A stretch of DNA of 64,000 nucleotides from the human T2T-CHM13v2.0 reference genome, Homo sapiens: assembly GCF_009914755.1 (NCBI RefSeq), contig NC_060927.1; one strand, given 5' to 3'. Every line of letters begins with the position of its first letter. Position 1 is the first letter of the stretch. Shown piece by piece: positions 27,553-46,726 of this stretch. Made by a program: the position numbers and the translations under genes. Under the pieces are notes generated by a model. It was given only the letters and a program-made list of their open reading frames with translations. It searched no databases and had not been told where the DNA came from.

Positions 27553-28857
27553 GAAGAAAATGCCAGTTTTTTCAAGTGCCTCTCTCTCCCTCACTTGTGT
27601 CGTAGGCTTCCCTTAAGACAGCGATCAAGTCTTACTAATTTTGTATCATCAGTTCCTAGCATGGTGGTACCTAACATTGTATTTCAGCATCCTAATAGTA
27701 GATTCAGTAGATTGAATGAATGATTGACTTCTACATTTCCAATACAGGTATTTAAAAAAGTAATCTACTTGAGGCCTTTGTTAAGGAGGCTTTTTGAAAG
27801 TCTAACCTTTGTTTGATTATCTCTACCTCCAGAAGAAGAGTTGTGTGCATCGTCAGGTATATGCTAGACCAGTTCAAGTCTAACACTTATTCCCAGGATG
27901 TTAGTTTCTAAAATCCTGGTTGATTGTTTGAAATCTTGGAGGGAACCTTCAGAAAAATATTAATAATATACTTTTAGGTTTTGAGATAAAATCTTTGAAA
28001 GGGATTCAGGCAGGCTTTAAAATTACTGATCAGAGATGGCCTTTCCACTTTTAAAGAAAAGATTGAAGGGAATGGTACTATCTGAAAGAGTAATGCATTG
28101 AATATCTGACCTTAAGTATTTGTTTTCCCCTAGGAGATAGCATGATGTGGTTCTTTTAATGCCACTTCAAGAATATGTATATCAAAGTTAAATAGTAGGG
28201 ACATTACTTATTTTTTTAAATGAAAAGTATTTTGGAATTCACTTTTTACTCAATTGTTTAAATTCTTAGAAATCAAGGATTGTATATGACTAGGTTCATG
28301 TCTATCAATAAAACAATAGCTTATAAAATTTTTTTAGGCAATAGTGATTGTTATGTTACTAACATAGTATTCTCCAAATTTTTTAGCAGTCATGATTTCT
28401 GAACTTTGAGTGGAAATGAAAAACAAAAACAAAAAACAAACCTTGAATTAGGGGTAATAAAGCAGGAAGGAAGCTGGTAGAAAAGCCTTCTGTATCTTCA
28501 AGCAATATCCCACCAAGAGGATATTACCAAGCTATAATTGACAACTTTGGGGAATTAAACTTCATATGGCAATGCCAAAGGCTCTAGTAATCATTAATGG
28601 TAAATGTCTGCTACTATGTTGGCTTTTATTATTACTAGCTGTAGAAAAAGCTAAAAATATGACTGAATTGGTGTTGTTACACTTTGAACATCCTCTATAT
28701 TATTTCCTGGTATTGTTTTTAAAAGTACTTTTTAGTGTTTCCCTTTACTGATGCTTTGTAAAGTCCATCAAAGGACATTAAATACATAGATTTTATTTTT
28801 AAATTGTAAGGGATTGTAAGTAGAATAAACACCTTCATTTCTTTCAGAAATAGAAAT

Positions 28858-31896
<3,039 letters not shown>

Positions 31897-31984
31897 TTAC
31901 AAATGTGTACTTCACTTTAAATCTCTACCCGCTAAAAGGAAATTTTCTTATATCACATAATGCCATTATTATTTTTTTCCATGT

Positions 31985-32110
31985 GTGAGACAGCATCTTG
32001 CTCTGTCACCCAGGTTTGAATGCAGTGGTGCAGTCACAGCTCACTGCAACCTTGACCACCTGGGCTCAATTGATCCTCTCATCTGAACCTCCTGAGTAGC
32101 TGGGACTACA
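31985..32110 (-). mobile_element. Alu fragment
   Basis: Antisense Alu half. Confidence 0.8.
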
Positions 32111-32578
32111 ATTCCATCATTATTTTGATGTTTTGGTACTCATCTTCTGGCCATCAACTCATGTTTTTGTATTTACCTATCTCCACATTTAAGCCATTGT
32201 CATACTTCAGGAAATCTATGTTCCATATCTTTAATAAATTTTCTTTTTTTTTTTATTTTTCAAAAAACCTAACTTTAAATTTATCTTTGACCTCAAAGTA
32301 GCAGTTTTCATTTTTTTGTAACCTAGAAGAAAACAGAAAATAGATTATTTTTTCATGTGGTTAAGTCATGTACAATAATCAGCCTCCAAAAACAAATTTA
32401 AAAAGTATTTCCTGAATGGTATCCCAGTTTCCTACTACATTATTGGTTTGTTCAAATTTTTTTCCAAATTCAAAAGTGTACGTTTTAGAAGTATACATTT
32501 AGTTGAACAATAGGAGAAATTCTCATATTATAATCTGGCTGTGTAGGGAATCATACTAATTCTGTTTATGTAGTCTAG

Positions 32579-32792
32579 CAGTGCTTCTCAAATTATCTGT
32601 GGTAAAGGACTTTTTTTAAACCCTATATTTTCAATCCATTGCAGACTAATATTTTTAAAAATGCAATAAAAATGTTATAGTTGTGTCCAATAACTATAAA
32701 ATTTTCTAAACTCTTATTCTTAATTTCTTTATCCCATCGTGAACTGTACTAGTTTGTGGACTAGCACTGGTCCGTGGAACAACTTGAATAGC
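32579..32792. mobile_element. hAT-Charlie MITE
   Basis: tctag-cagtgcttctcaaa start, degenerate inverted end. Confidence 0.55.
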
Positions 32793-33079
32793 TTTGAGAT
32801 ATTGTTACTATTAAACGTGGTACAGGTAATTGATGTATACTTATCTATTATCTGGGATTATAAACCCCAGGAACTTTTTTAAAAAGAGTAAATGATATGC
32901 TTCCTATGTATTTCCCTTTATCTGTCCCCTTTGTAGCTCTTCTTGTTTGGTGCATGTAAGACTATTGGTAAACATGTATCAATAATTGTATGGGGTCATT
33001 GGAATGTTCAGTTGGGTTGGAGAAGCAATTTGATCATTCTCCTCATAAAATGTGCAAGATCCAAATTTGTTCTTAAAAG

Positions 33080-33120
33080 GTGTGTGTGTGTGTGCGTGTG
33101 TGTGTGTGTGTGTGTATGCG
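33080..33120. repeat. Interrupted (TG)n microsatellite
   Basis: Read directly. Confidence 0.95.
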
Positions 33121-33517
33121 GCACATGAGGTGTAACTGGAAGCCTTAGACATGACTCAGAGAAACAGTACAGTAAGATATCAATAGTGTTAGATTAGGAG
33201 TCACAGGACCTGGATTTCAATCCCTTTTTCATGACTTAGAACCATGTATTTTGACTTCTCTCTGGGCTTGTTTATTCATCTGTAAATTGGGGTTACTAAC
33301 TACTTTGCCAAGTTTTGAATGTCATAAACTCATCTTTTAATCAGTTGTTTATTCTCTAGGAGCCCTTAGCAACAAGGTGTTTGTGAGTTGATTCTGCTGA
33401 GGGAAGAGTTAAGAAAGAAAAGCAAAAAATAAAAAATAAAAAAAGACGGTATTTCATTCTAGTTCTGCAGAACTGGATTGCCTCAGGTACTTTATACATT
33501 TGTATACGAATATATAC

Positions 33518-33863
<346 letters not shown>

Positions 33864-35786
33864 TAGCTTCTTTACCTACTACTGAGTACAGTTTATCTTT
33901 TCTTTATAGTTTCTTTTTACTCTTAAGTGTTTATAGTTGAGCATACTGAATGATCATCAAAGCTCCTTTGATATTTCTATTTTAGCTTTAGTTCTTTCTT
34001 CTAACTGCATCATTTTCTCAGTATATCCCACTTTACATTCCTGAGTGAGGGAATCTGATTGACTCAACTAATAATTCTTATATGGGATGAGCTATATCAA
34101 GGGTTGCTGGCCAGCTGTGGACTGCCTGCCTTAAGATCAGGTATTCCCATCTGGTTTGGTCACGCGTGACTAGGCTATATCTTGGTTGTAGAGCTTGATA
34201 GGGGATGTGGGAATGGCATGCTTGTTGCAGATGCGATGGTCTAAGTGAACAGACTATAAAAGGAAATGAAATTCTTAAAGGTGAATACATGCACATTCAC
34301 TTATTCGTATTTGAGGGTAAAATATATTTGGAGGGAAGAGGGTAAATTATTTGAGAAAATTAGGTATAGGTTCAACATAGTGAACATGATGCTATAGGTA
34401 TTCAGATTTCCTTAAACATTATACCTATTCCAACTCTGGTTGAAACCAACCTTTCTTAGATTGTAAAACCCATCAGGATCAAAGACCAAGGGGGCATGGC
34501 TATCAAGTAACTACCATGTCTATTTATTCCTAATACAGCACTTTGAAAAATCATGTTCCTATTGTTCTGGCAACCTAAAGGGAACTCTGAAAGCACTCAA
34601 CTGAGTGACAGCATAACCCTGTAACACAATTTTGTTTTTCAAGTTCAGTAACTTTTAGGAAATGTTTTATTCTCATTAAAATGCACTGAAGATAAAGAGG
34701 ATTTCTGTGGTGTTTATCTTTAATATTCTACATCTCTGTTAACATTTTATTTTCAAATTAAAAGCCTGTTTTAAGGGTCTTCTCTTATGTAAACTTTTTT
34801 GTTCCAAAAGGTTTTTGGTTAATTTTATCATTCATTGTAGAAAAAGCAGGGAAAAGTTGTAAAGGACCAAGTTGTAATGCTGAATTGCTCTTGCCAACTG
34901 CTAGTGCTGTTTAAAGGATATGATAGATTAAAGGCTGAAAGTTTTTAATTGAATCATAACTGTTAGACTTGCCAGTTATTTTAGACATCCTTTTAATTAA
35001 GGTGGGTCCATTTATTGCACCAGTATAAGATTATGTTTGTTATTTGCCTTTGTCCCCATAGCATAAAACCAAAGAAAAGGGTTGGATTTACTTTGTATTT
35101 GGGGGAAATCACAAAGCTGAGTATTTCTGACTTGAACACAGTTTCTAAAAATGGTGAACATTATTTGGAACAGCAAAGACTATAAGAAATTGAAATGTTC
35201 TAAATATAGTAATATTATTTGCTAATTGAAATGAAGATCTTCATTTAATAAGCTGTCTGGTTGTGTTTTTTTCCATTTCACACAATATTTATTGAGCTTA
35301 TATTAATATTATGTGTTAGGGACAGTAGTAGGTCTTGATATCAATTAGGATGATATGTAAGAGACTATAAGAGAGGGTTGTTCCTTGGCTTAGCTTGGTA
35401 GTTGGAGTGGGAAAGCATTTTGGGAAGTATTTTGGAGCTAGAATTGATCTTTAATCTGTGGAGTTTTGGAAATCTGTGGAGGTGCTTCCGGGACTGCCAT
35501 GAGTTTTTCTTTTGTTTGGGAGCGAGGGGTGCTTTAACTGGAACAGATCTATATCTAATTTTCTTGTATGTTAGGGTTCTGTGTAAGATATTATTTGGGC
35601 ATAGGATTCTTTGTAAGGAATTCATCTTCTTTCTCTTTTAAATTCCTGGTAACTTCATAACCTATACCAGTCAGATTTGCCATTACTTCAGTGAGGTTAT
35701 TTATGTACATCTCTAACTAAATTATATATTCCCTATGAGTATTTTACTTGATATTGCCCATATACCTTATATTTATCCTTTGAATG

Positions 35787-36345
35787 TGTAGGGGAGAAAA
35801 AATATCTTTTTCTCACGCATTGCCAGGTGCATGGCGGAGGCCCCTACAACAAAAGACAGATTAACAAGAGAGAAGCATACAGATTTATTTACTATAATAA
35901 ATAAAGTGACACAGGAGCCTTCATAAGGAAATGAAGACATGAAGAAAGGGGTAAATCTGTGTATATTTTATGCTGGGCTTGATGAGGAAGTGGATAATCG
36001 TGAAGCATGATTGGATAAAAAAGTGTGATCTAATGTTAGTCAGCTGGGGGGAATTTAGCAAGGCCTGTTTGTTCAGATTCTACTCTGTGACTTTGTGTCT
36101 TCAAAGATTAGGATGTTTCTTTCTTTTGGGGATATGGAGGGCACCTCTTCAGTGAGGATCTTGCGACTTGCTTCCTGACTAGGTCAGAAAGCTTTTGTAG
36201 TGTTCATGACCTACTTCAGGGGAGAAGGGGAAGAGGGAGAACAGAGGCTGCCTTTCCAGCTTCTTTGTTTTTCCCAGATATGTTCAGCTTAAAATGTTTT
36301 GGGGGAGTGTGTCCTGCCCAAGTACATATGTCCTGAATGCCATCA
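35787..36345 (-). mobile_element. ERV1-class solo LTR (MER67/MER31-like)
   Basis: TG...CA ends; aaaagacagattaacaagag motif; subfamily uncertain. Confidence 0.55.
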
Positions 36346-37015
36346 AATAAATGCCAACTAGGTGGTAGGTCCTGTGCTGCGCGGTGTGAATGCAGAACCA
36401 GTATTCTTAAAATCTAGTGAGAAAACATATATGAACATGATTATGCTTCTGATATGTAAATGCTACCCTTTTAGGCATGCAAAAAGTTCTGGGAGGACAC
36501 AGTGTCATTATATGTAGTCAGTAAATACTGTACAGTAAATACTGTACAAGTATTGCTCAATGAATGAATGTTAATTAAAATATACTAGGGTAGTATAAGA
36601 AACCTCACAAAAGTCCTTGGCATTATGATTTAACTATGTAACATATGTTTAATATTGTAGAGTAAAATGAAACTTGTTAGGTTCTTTTTAAGTGTGATAG
36701 ATAAGTTAGAGCCTTTGATTATGGCTTGAGGTATTAAATCTCTGTCTAGTGTATTTGTATATTTAATTTTCTGTACTTATAAAAATTAAAAATCATATCT
36801 TATGGGCAAAATGTTTTTTTTTTCAGATATTGAATAATATAGGAGACGAGTATAAAGTAGGAGTTGGAAGACCTGGTTTCTCTGGACTCTGTTTCTCTTA
36901 TTAGCTGTTTGACCTTAGGCAAATAATTGAACTTAGCTGAACTTCAGTTTTAGGGAATCATAATATTAAATAGTGAGCTCCTTGAGGACAGTGTCTGTGC
37001 CGTATTGATTTTTGC

Positions 37016-37123
37016 TAGGGTGACCAACCATCTTGGCTTGCCGGGGACTTTGTTTTAGCACTGAAAGTTCCATGTCCCAAGAAACTCTTCAGTCCTGGGC
37101 CAAGCAGGATGTTAGTCATTCCA
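37016..37123. mobile_element. MER81 (hAT-Blackjack MITE)
   Basis: tagggtgaccaaccatc...ttttagcactgaaagt...cagtcctggg...tagtcattcca, ~110 bp with degenerate TIRs. Confidence 0.8.
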
Positions 37124-39179
37124 GTAGTATCACTAGTGGCTAGCTCTTGGCTGGCACTTAGTAACTGTTCAGTAAGTGACTGGAATTAAATGTCTCCTCT
37201 GTCTTTTTCACAGAATTGATGTAAAGATCATATTATATTTTGTGAAAGTATTTTGAAAATAATAAAAGCTGTACCAATAAAGTTGATATTGTTCTTCCCA
37301 TCAGTATTCTCTTGGAATGAATTCATCTCAGAATTTGTGTAGGAGTTAATTTGGTATATAATTGTTTGATTACTCAATGTTTCCAGTTCGTATCTGTTGC
37401 CTAAAGTGAGATACATGTGAGTACATATTATCTTCTAAATTTATTTCTTCTTCCCAGAAGTAAATGAGATGTGAATTAAAAATTGATCCTGTAGTCTTGT
37501 AGTTTCACGTTTAATAATATGACTTTTAGTTTTAACTGAGGAGCTGATTTCACATTTGAATGAGTATGTGGCTTCTGTTGTATTTGATTATTGTACATGT
37601 TTTATCTTAGGCTTAAAAGCCATTTTATAGGACATCTTTTAATTATGATCTTAGTAGATCTAATAACCCTAACACTTGGAAAGTTTAGAATAATAAATGT
37701 AAAGATGCCTAAGTGGGCACTATATGTATCTAGGAACTAAATGCTCTGTAAATTTCTCAGGTATAGTAAAGTCCTGAGGAAAGCAGGTGGAGTTTTCCAG
37801 ACAACCTACCTCTGGGCAACCCTTTCTGTCCTTTTTAAAGCAACTTTCTCCCTATACCTTCTGTATTTGTATTGACTGAGCAAATTCTCAGTCACATTTG
37901 CTTATTTGCTACTAACTATGTAGCTTAAATCTTGTGTCAGTTACTTAAGTGCCTCTTCTAGAGATTCTCTTAACCATCAAAGTGATCTGCAACTCTTTCT
38001 CTTTGGAGACACTTGAGGATGGGTATGGAACTCCCTTCTTGTAGAGTTGCCAGTAGAGGCAATTCCCACCCCCCTATTTATTGGTTATTTTCTGCTTCTT
38101 TTCTTGAACTATTTTAAAATTTTTCATTCTTAAATAAAACATCAGGGAAACTCCACAGTCTCTTGCTAGCCACAATGTTTCTGATGTAACTAAAGAATGA
38201 CAATGTGGCATGGTATTGTGTTGCAGGGTAATGCTGTAACTTAATAAGTGATTTTAAGAGTTTCCTTGAGGTTGCCATAAAGCTAGAAGACATGATTTCA
38301 GAAAGCACTGTATTAAGGATAAATAGATGGTGGAGTTACTTGGTAGTCATGCCCCGTTGGTCTTTGATCTTGTTGGATCTTACAATCTAAGAAAGGTTGA
38401 GTTTGACCAGCATCTGAATAGGTGTGATGTTTAAGGAAAGCCGAATACCTCTAGCATAATTATGTTCACTGTGTCGAACCTATACTGTAAAGTTTGTGAA
38501 CCAAGATTGTCTTTTTGGATTGAGGAGCTTGTTTTTGAGAGTCTTGATTGTTATTGGTATATAAAACTTCTCTTTTGTCTGTTGCTCATGTGGTATGTGA
38601 TCTTAGGTAGAGTAAATTTATATGATGAGAAATCCCAGGATAATTATGAGACTGGGATACATGTATGCAAAATGTGAAAATATAGCTTTCCATTCTTCTT
38701 TAGATATTTCCCCAATAAAACTCCAAATTTAAAACAACCTGAATCCTTGACTGGACAGCTATACCTCAGAGATATTGCAGGTTTGTATCCACACCACCAC
38801 AAGAAGGTGAATATTGCAATAAAGCAAGTCATATGAATTTTTTTGTTTCCCAGTGCATATAGAAGTTATGTTTACTCTATACCATAGTCTGTTAAGTATG
38901 TAATAGCATTGTGTTTAAAAAACAATGTACATACCTTAATTTAAAAATACCTTATTGCTTAAAAATGCTAATGATCATTTGAGCCTTCGGTGAGTCATAA
39001 TCTTTTTGCTGGTGAGGGTCTTGCCTTGATGTTGATGGCTGCCCACTGATCATGGTGGCGGTTGCTGAAGGTTGGGGTGGCGGTGGCAATTTAAAATAAG
39101 ACAACAATAAAGTTTGCTACATTGATTGACCCTTTTTTAAATGAAAGATTTCTCTGTAGCAATTGATGCTGTTGTCTAG

Positions 39180-39550
<371 letters not shown>

Positions 39551-40164
39551 TAAGTTTATGTAACATTTAAATCCTTTGCCGTGATTTCAGCAGTATTTAC
39601 AGCATCTTCACCAGCAGTGGATTCTATCTCAAGAAACCACTTTTTTGCTCATCCATAAGAAGCAACTCTTCATTTGTTCACATTTGATCATGAAATTGAA
39701 TCCATTCAGTCACATCTTCAGGCTCCACTTCTAATTCTGTTTTTTGTTTTGTTTTGTTTTGTTATTGCCACCACACCTGCAATGACTTCCTCCACTGAAG
39801 TCTTCTTCCTCACAGTCACACATAAGGGTCTTGGAGTCAACTTCTTCCATACTCCTGTTAATTTTGCTATTTTGACTTCCTCCTGTGAATCAGGAATGTT
39901 CTTAATGGCATCTAGAATGGTGAATTTTTTCCAGAAGGTTTTCGATTTACTTTGCCCAGATTCATCAGAGAAGTCACTATCTATGGCAGCTATAGCCTTA
40001 CAAAATGTATTTCTTAAATAGTAACACTTGAAAGTCAAAATTACTCCTTGATTCAGGGACTACAGAATGAATGTGGTGTTAGCAGACATGGAAACAATAT
40101 TAATCTCCTTGTACATCTCCATCAGAGCTCTTGGGTGACTAGATACATTGTCAGTGAACTATAT

Positions 40165-40475
40165 TTTATTTTATTTTATATTTTTAGACAGGGTCTCACT
40201 TTGTCACCCAGGCTCTAGGGCAGTGGCATGATCTCGGCTCCCTGCAGCCTCTACCTCTCAGGCTGAAGTGATCCCACCTCACCCTCTCAAGTAGGTGGGA
40301 CTACAGGAATGCACCACCAAGCCTAGCTACTTTTTTTTTTTTTTTTTGTATTTTTTGTAGAGATTGGGTTTCACCATGTTGCCCAAGCTGATCTCAAACT
40401 ACTGAGCTCAAGCAGTCTGCCCACCTTGACCTCCCAAAGTGCTAGGATTACAGGCATGAGCCACCACACCCAGCC
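40165..40475 (-). mobile_element. AluJ nested in Tigger1
   Basis: Antisense Alu dimer. Confidence 0.9.
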
Positions 40476-41929
40476 ATTATTTTTAAAGGAATTATTTTTT
40501 CTGAGCAGTAGGTCTCAACAGTGAGCTTAAAACATTCAGCAAACCATGTTGTAAACTTACATGCTATCATCCAGGCTTTGTTGTTTTATTTATAGAGCAC
40601 AGGCAGAGTAGATTTAGCATAATTCTTAAGAGCCCTAGGATTTTCAAAATGGGAAATGAGCATTGGCTTCCTTTTAAAGTCGCCAGGTGGGTTAACTCCT
40701 AATAAAAGAGTCTGCCTGTCCTTTGAAGCTTTGTAGCCAGGCATTGACTTCTCCTCTCTACCTATAAGACCCAGATGACACCTTCTTCCTATGGAGGCTG
40801 TTTTGTCTGCATTGAAAATCTGTTGTTTAGCATAGCCACCTTCATCAGTTATCTTAGCTGTATCTTCTGGATTACTTGCTGCAGGTCCTCTATCAGCACG
40901 TACTGCTTCACCTTGTACTTTAATGTTATGGAGATGAGTTCTTTTCTTAAACCTCATGAACTAACCTCTGCTAGCTTCAAACTTTTCTTTTGTAGCTTTC
41001 TCACCTCTTTTAGCTTTTATAGAATTGAAGAGAATTAGGGTCTTGCTCTGGATTAGGCTTTCGCTCAAGGGAATGTTATGGCTGGTTTGATCTTCTATTC
41101 AGCCCACTCAGATTTTCTTGCTGTCAGTAATAAGGCTATTTCATTTTCTTACCATTTATGTGTTCACTGGAATAGTACTTTTAATATTTTTTGAGAACTT
41201 TTCCTTCGCATTAACAAGTTAGCTAACTTTTCAGTGCAAGAGGCCTAGCTCTTGGTCTTTTTTGGCTTTTGATATGCCTTCCTTGCAAAGCTTAATCATT
41301 TCTAGCTTTTGATTTAAAGTGAGAGATGTATGACTGTTCTTTTCACTTGAATACTTAGAGGCCATTGAAGGGTTATTAACTGGCCTAAATTTCAATATCG
41401 TTGTATTCCAGAGAATAGGGAGGCCCATAGGAGAGAAACAGAGATGGGAACAGTTGGTTGGGGGAGCACTCAGAACACACACATCTATTTAAGTTCACTG
41501 TCTTATATGGATGCAGTTCTTGGCAGCTGAAAATAATTAGAGTAGTAACACTGGGAATCACTGATCACAGATCACTATAACAGATACAATAATAATGAAA
41601 AAGTTTGAAGTATTGTGAGACTAACCAAAATGTAACACAGAGACACTAAGTGAGCACATGCTGTTGGAAAAGTGGCACTAATACACTTGTTTGACTCAGA
41701 GTTGCCACAAACCTTCAATTTGTAAAAGTCACAATATCTGCAAAGGGCAATAAAGCAGAGTAAAGTAAAAAGAGATATGCCTGTACGTTATTTAGCAAAC
41801 AGCACTTTTAAAAAGGGTTAGATGTCTCTAGCTTTTCTCTGTTATTGTTGCAGCTTTATGAGGGATCCAGCAGAGTTGTAAAAGTGAAGAAATACTGGAT
41901 AAACTGAAACTTTGTTAACATTGAATTAA

Positions 41930-42140
41930 AATAATAATAGTAACAATACATGCCAATGATTAATCTAGTACATACTAAGGGCCAGACATTAATAGAGAAT
42001 GTTTAACATGTATTCTTTTTATTTAATCCTTACAGCAATTCAGTGGGATAGGTTTAGAATCATTATTTCCTGATGAGGAAACTGAGTCTTACAACTGTAT
42101 CGAGGACTCACAGCAAACAGAGTGGAACTAGGATTTTTGA
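41930..42140. mobile_element. MIR SINE
   Basis: tttaatccttacagcaa...gatgaggaaactgag core motif. Confidence 0.7.
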
Positions 42141-42266
42141 AGAGAAACGTAGGAATATCTGGCTCGAGCCCTCTTCTGAGATCATGATTCAGAGTTTGGG
42201 ATTATGACAGTTAAATGTCTTTGGTGTTGGTAGAGTAATCCCTGCCTTTTCTGATCAGTCTTATCA

Positions 42267-42718
<452 letters not shown>

Positions 42719-42940
42719 TTACTATTTACACAAAAATAAGGCAAAAGCTTATCTTCTGACAGGCTCAAGCAAGCTTCCAGAAATATTAATTTGTAGAATA
42801 TTTATGAATAGTATGTTCAATTAATGAGTTTTGAAATATGTACAAACCTTGATAAAGTGCTATATGTAATCTTACTTTTGCTTTCCATGTAGCAGTTAAC
42901 TAATACTTGGTGCATAAATCTACAGCTGTGCCTTCAAACA

Positions 42941-43150
42941 CAGTTGACTCTTGAACAACATGGGTTTGAGCTATGTGAGTTCACTTACAACAGTTTTTTT
43001 TCAAACATGGATGGAAAACACAGTATATGGAGGGCTGACTTCGTATATGTAGATGTGTCAGGGCTGACTGTGGGACTTGAGTATGTGCGGATTTGGTCAT
43101 GCACTGGCGGTTGTGGAACTATTACTGTGTGTATACTGAGGGATATTATA
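42941..43150. mobile_element. Tigger2-derived MITE (MER8-like)
   Basis: cagttgactcttgaacaacatgggtttga start. Confidence 0.7.
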
Positions 43151-43348
43151 ATTATATATTTTTAAAAATCATATTCTATTTTAAACATTTCTAACAAGTT
43201 TATCTAAGACAGCGAACTATCTGCATTTCTTCTGCCACAATTTTTTTCTCTCTTGGAGTAGTCCACCTGAAATTGTCTTTTCCCCCACCTTCACTATGGG
43301 GTAGCAAAACTCTGGAAATGAGAAACAAACATGGATGAGAATTTCTCA

Positions 43349-43703
<355 letters not shown>

Positions 43704-45834
43704 TCACAAAAAATAGCCTCAAAAGCCTTTCAAGTGATGCTGTCTTTTCTACTTTTTGTTCTTATTTCCCAACCAAGAATGTTGAGTATAGAGGAGTAAC
43801 TGCCCAGAGACCCTCTCTTGTCCAGTAAGGAACAGTGTAGTTTGGCTGGCCTGGCCTGAGATTCTAGGATGTGAAGCTAGTGTTCAGAGACTGACTGTCT
43901 TAAGTTAGAGTGATACAAAGGAAGGATTCATGTGGGGTAAAAGTTCACAACCAGTCACCAGTTCTAGATTAGTGGTTGAGATGTGCTGCAAAACTATGAA
44001 AGTAAGGAGTAGCCACTGAGGCAAATTGGAAGTGTCCTAGGGAATTCCAGAACAGAATGTGATGGCCATTCACCAAAGGGACTTTTGAAATAAGAGTCAT
44101 CAGAAGAATATGAAAACCAAAAAGATGATTATAGGAATATTATTAGTATAGCCCTTTACACTTTACAAAATATGCTTTCACATGCATTTTTTGTTTGCTC
44201 CTTTGTTTGCATAACTTTGTGGGAGTTATGATTTATCCCCATTTCATAGATAAAGAAGACAAATGACAGTATCACATTCAAGCCCTGAAAACCCAATTAG
44301 GTTGCATTTTGGGTGTTTTGCAGGGAGATGAGTAGTAGAACTCAAATGAAAATAACATTTTGTAGATAGAAGGGAGTAGAAATAGAGCCACTGCATTTGA
44401 GAGTGTTTTGAATAGAAAAGCTTACATAGAGCTCACTAAATGATTATTTCATCACTCCATAGTTCTTTAACTTTTTTTGATGAGGGCTTTAAAAATTTTG
44501 AGCCTCACCTCAGTCTATTAAAAAAAATTACTGATGAGATCATTATTTGCCTTACGAGCTACTAGTCATTTTTCAGTCATGATTTTGTTTGTGCCCAAGC
44601 ATTTAAAAGTAATATCACATAGCTTCAGTTATCTTTGCTTAATGCCATGTGTGTGGGTGTGTGCGTGTGTGTGAGTGTTTGATCGCTTCAGTCCTATGAA
44701 GCTTTTATCTCTCTATTGCAAACTGTGGTAATGAATGCACTGATAAAAACAACTGGTGTTTAAATGTATCTACTCACACTACATTTGATGGGGTCTCCAT
44801 TTTGTTTATTTGTGAGTATGAATGAGAAGGCAAAATCTGCCTTGGGAATTTTATAATGAATATGAGAGAGATCCTGCCACAGGTAGTTATTAAAACATCC
44901 CCTGAAGTCTTTTAAGATGAATGATTGTGTCTGTGTCTCTGACCTTTCCTGAAGGCGCTGTTTTTTAAAGAAATCTTCAATGCCCCAAGCCATTCACTTA
45001 TTAAAAATTTTAAAATAAATTTCTACTACTAAGTTTTAATTTGTATAGTACATCTTCTGAATAACTCAAATGATTTTATAAGTATTATTTGATGAATCTA
45101 CCCCTTTCTTCCAAAATGGAGAAAATGTATATTGTTGTCTTAGCTATTTGCTACCTTTTTTGAGGAAGGGGTGGAATACATATAGAGAAATGTGGGAAGG
45201 AAAAGATAGGGGAATTGTGCCTATTAAACAAGCAGAATTCTGTTTTTCCTGTAGAAAAATAAATTGTCATGAAAATTCAAGATTTATACCAGGAAGGAGA
45301 AAAGTGATTAGTAAGATCCGAGAGAAAGGAAAGGGCTCTTTTCTGATATAAAAATAACTACTCTAAAACTACTTTAATGGGTGTTTACTTTGAAGTTTAG
45401 TTTAAAAAAGTGGGATTACTTATTTGCATGTAGTAAACATTTTGTGATGGTGTGTTGGAAATTTTCTTAAATAGCTTGACTTCAAGAAGAAAAATAAAAT
45501 TGAAGTTAAAGTTTTTTTTAGCATCTACTCTATGCTAGGAATTGTGGAATTATGTTATCATCCTAGGTTACTTTATTTGATTGTCAGCATCACCTTAACT
45601 TTCTAAGTCTGTATATTACCTTCATTTAACAGATGAAGAAACAGACTTACAGAGGTCAAATAATTGCTCTTACTTATATGGCTAGAGCTGGGAATTCACA
45701 CTACTTCTGCTTTCAAACAGTTGTTCTTGTGCTTATTCACTGTTGTTCACTAGGTTTACTCTTTTTTTCCCCCTTGGCAGAGCAGGAAGACTAACTAGTT
45801 CCAGAGCCTGAATACCCTCTAGTGCTAATGTCTT

Positions 45835-46530
<696 letters not shown>

Positions 46531-46662
46531 CTACAAACAGAAACATGCCTGAAAGATGATTAATTCATGAATCAAAGATCTCATCAATTAAAAGGCAAGG
46601 GGGGGCTCAAAATTTTTAAAAGCTCTTATCAAAAGTGGTTTAAGAAAACAGAAGTGAAGCAA

Positions 46663-46726
46663 ATCGTATCACTGCACTCCAGCTTGGGTGACGGAGTGAG
46701 ACCCCATCTCAACAAAGAAAAGAAAA
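46663..46726 (+). mobile_element. Alu 3' fragment
   Basis: atcgtatcactgcactccagcttgggtgacggagtgagaccccatctc plus A-rich tail. Confidence 0.85.

Noticed and set aside
39718-41482. Transposase-like ORFs as a possible domesticated gene
   Set aside because: Fragmented by stops, frameshifts and an Alu insertion; a dead Tigger1.
45757-45790. Strong acceptor-like pyrimidine tract with tandem CAGs
   Set aside because: No convincing downstream donor at exon distance.
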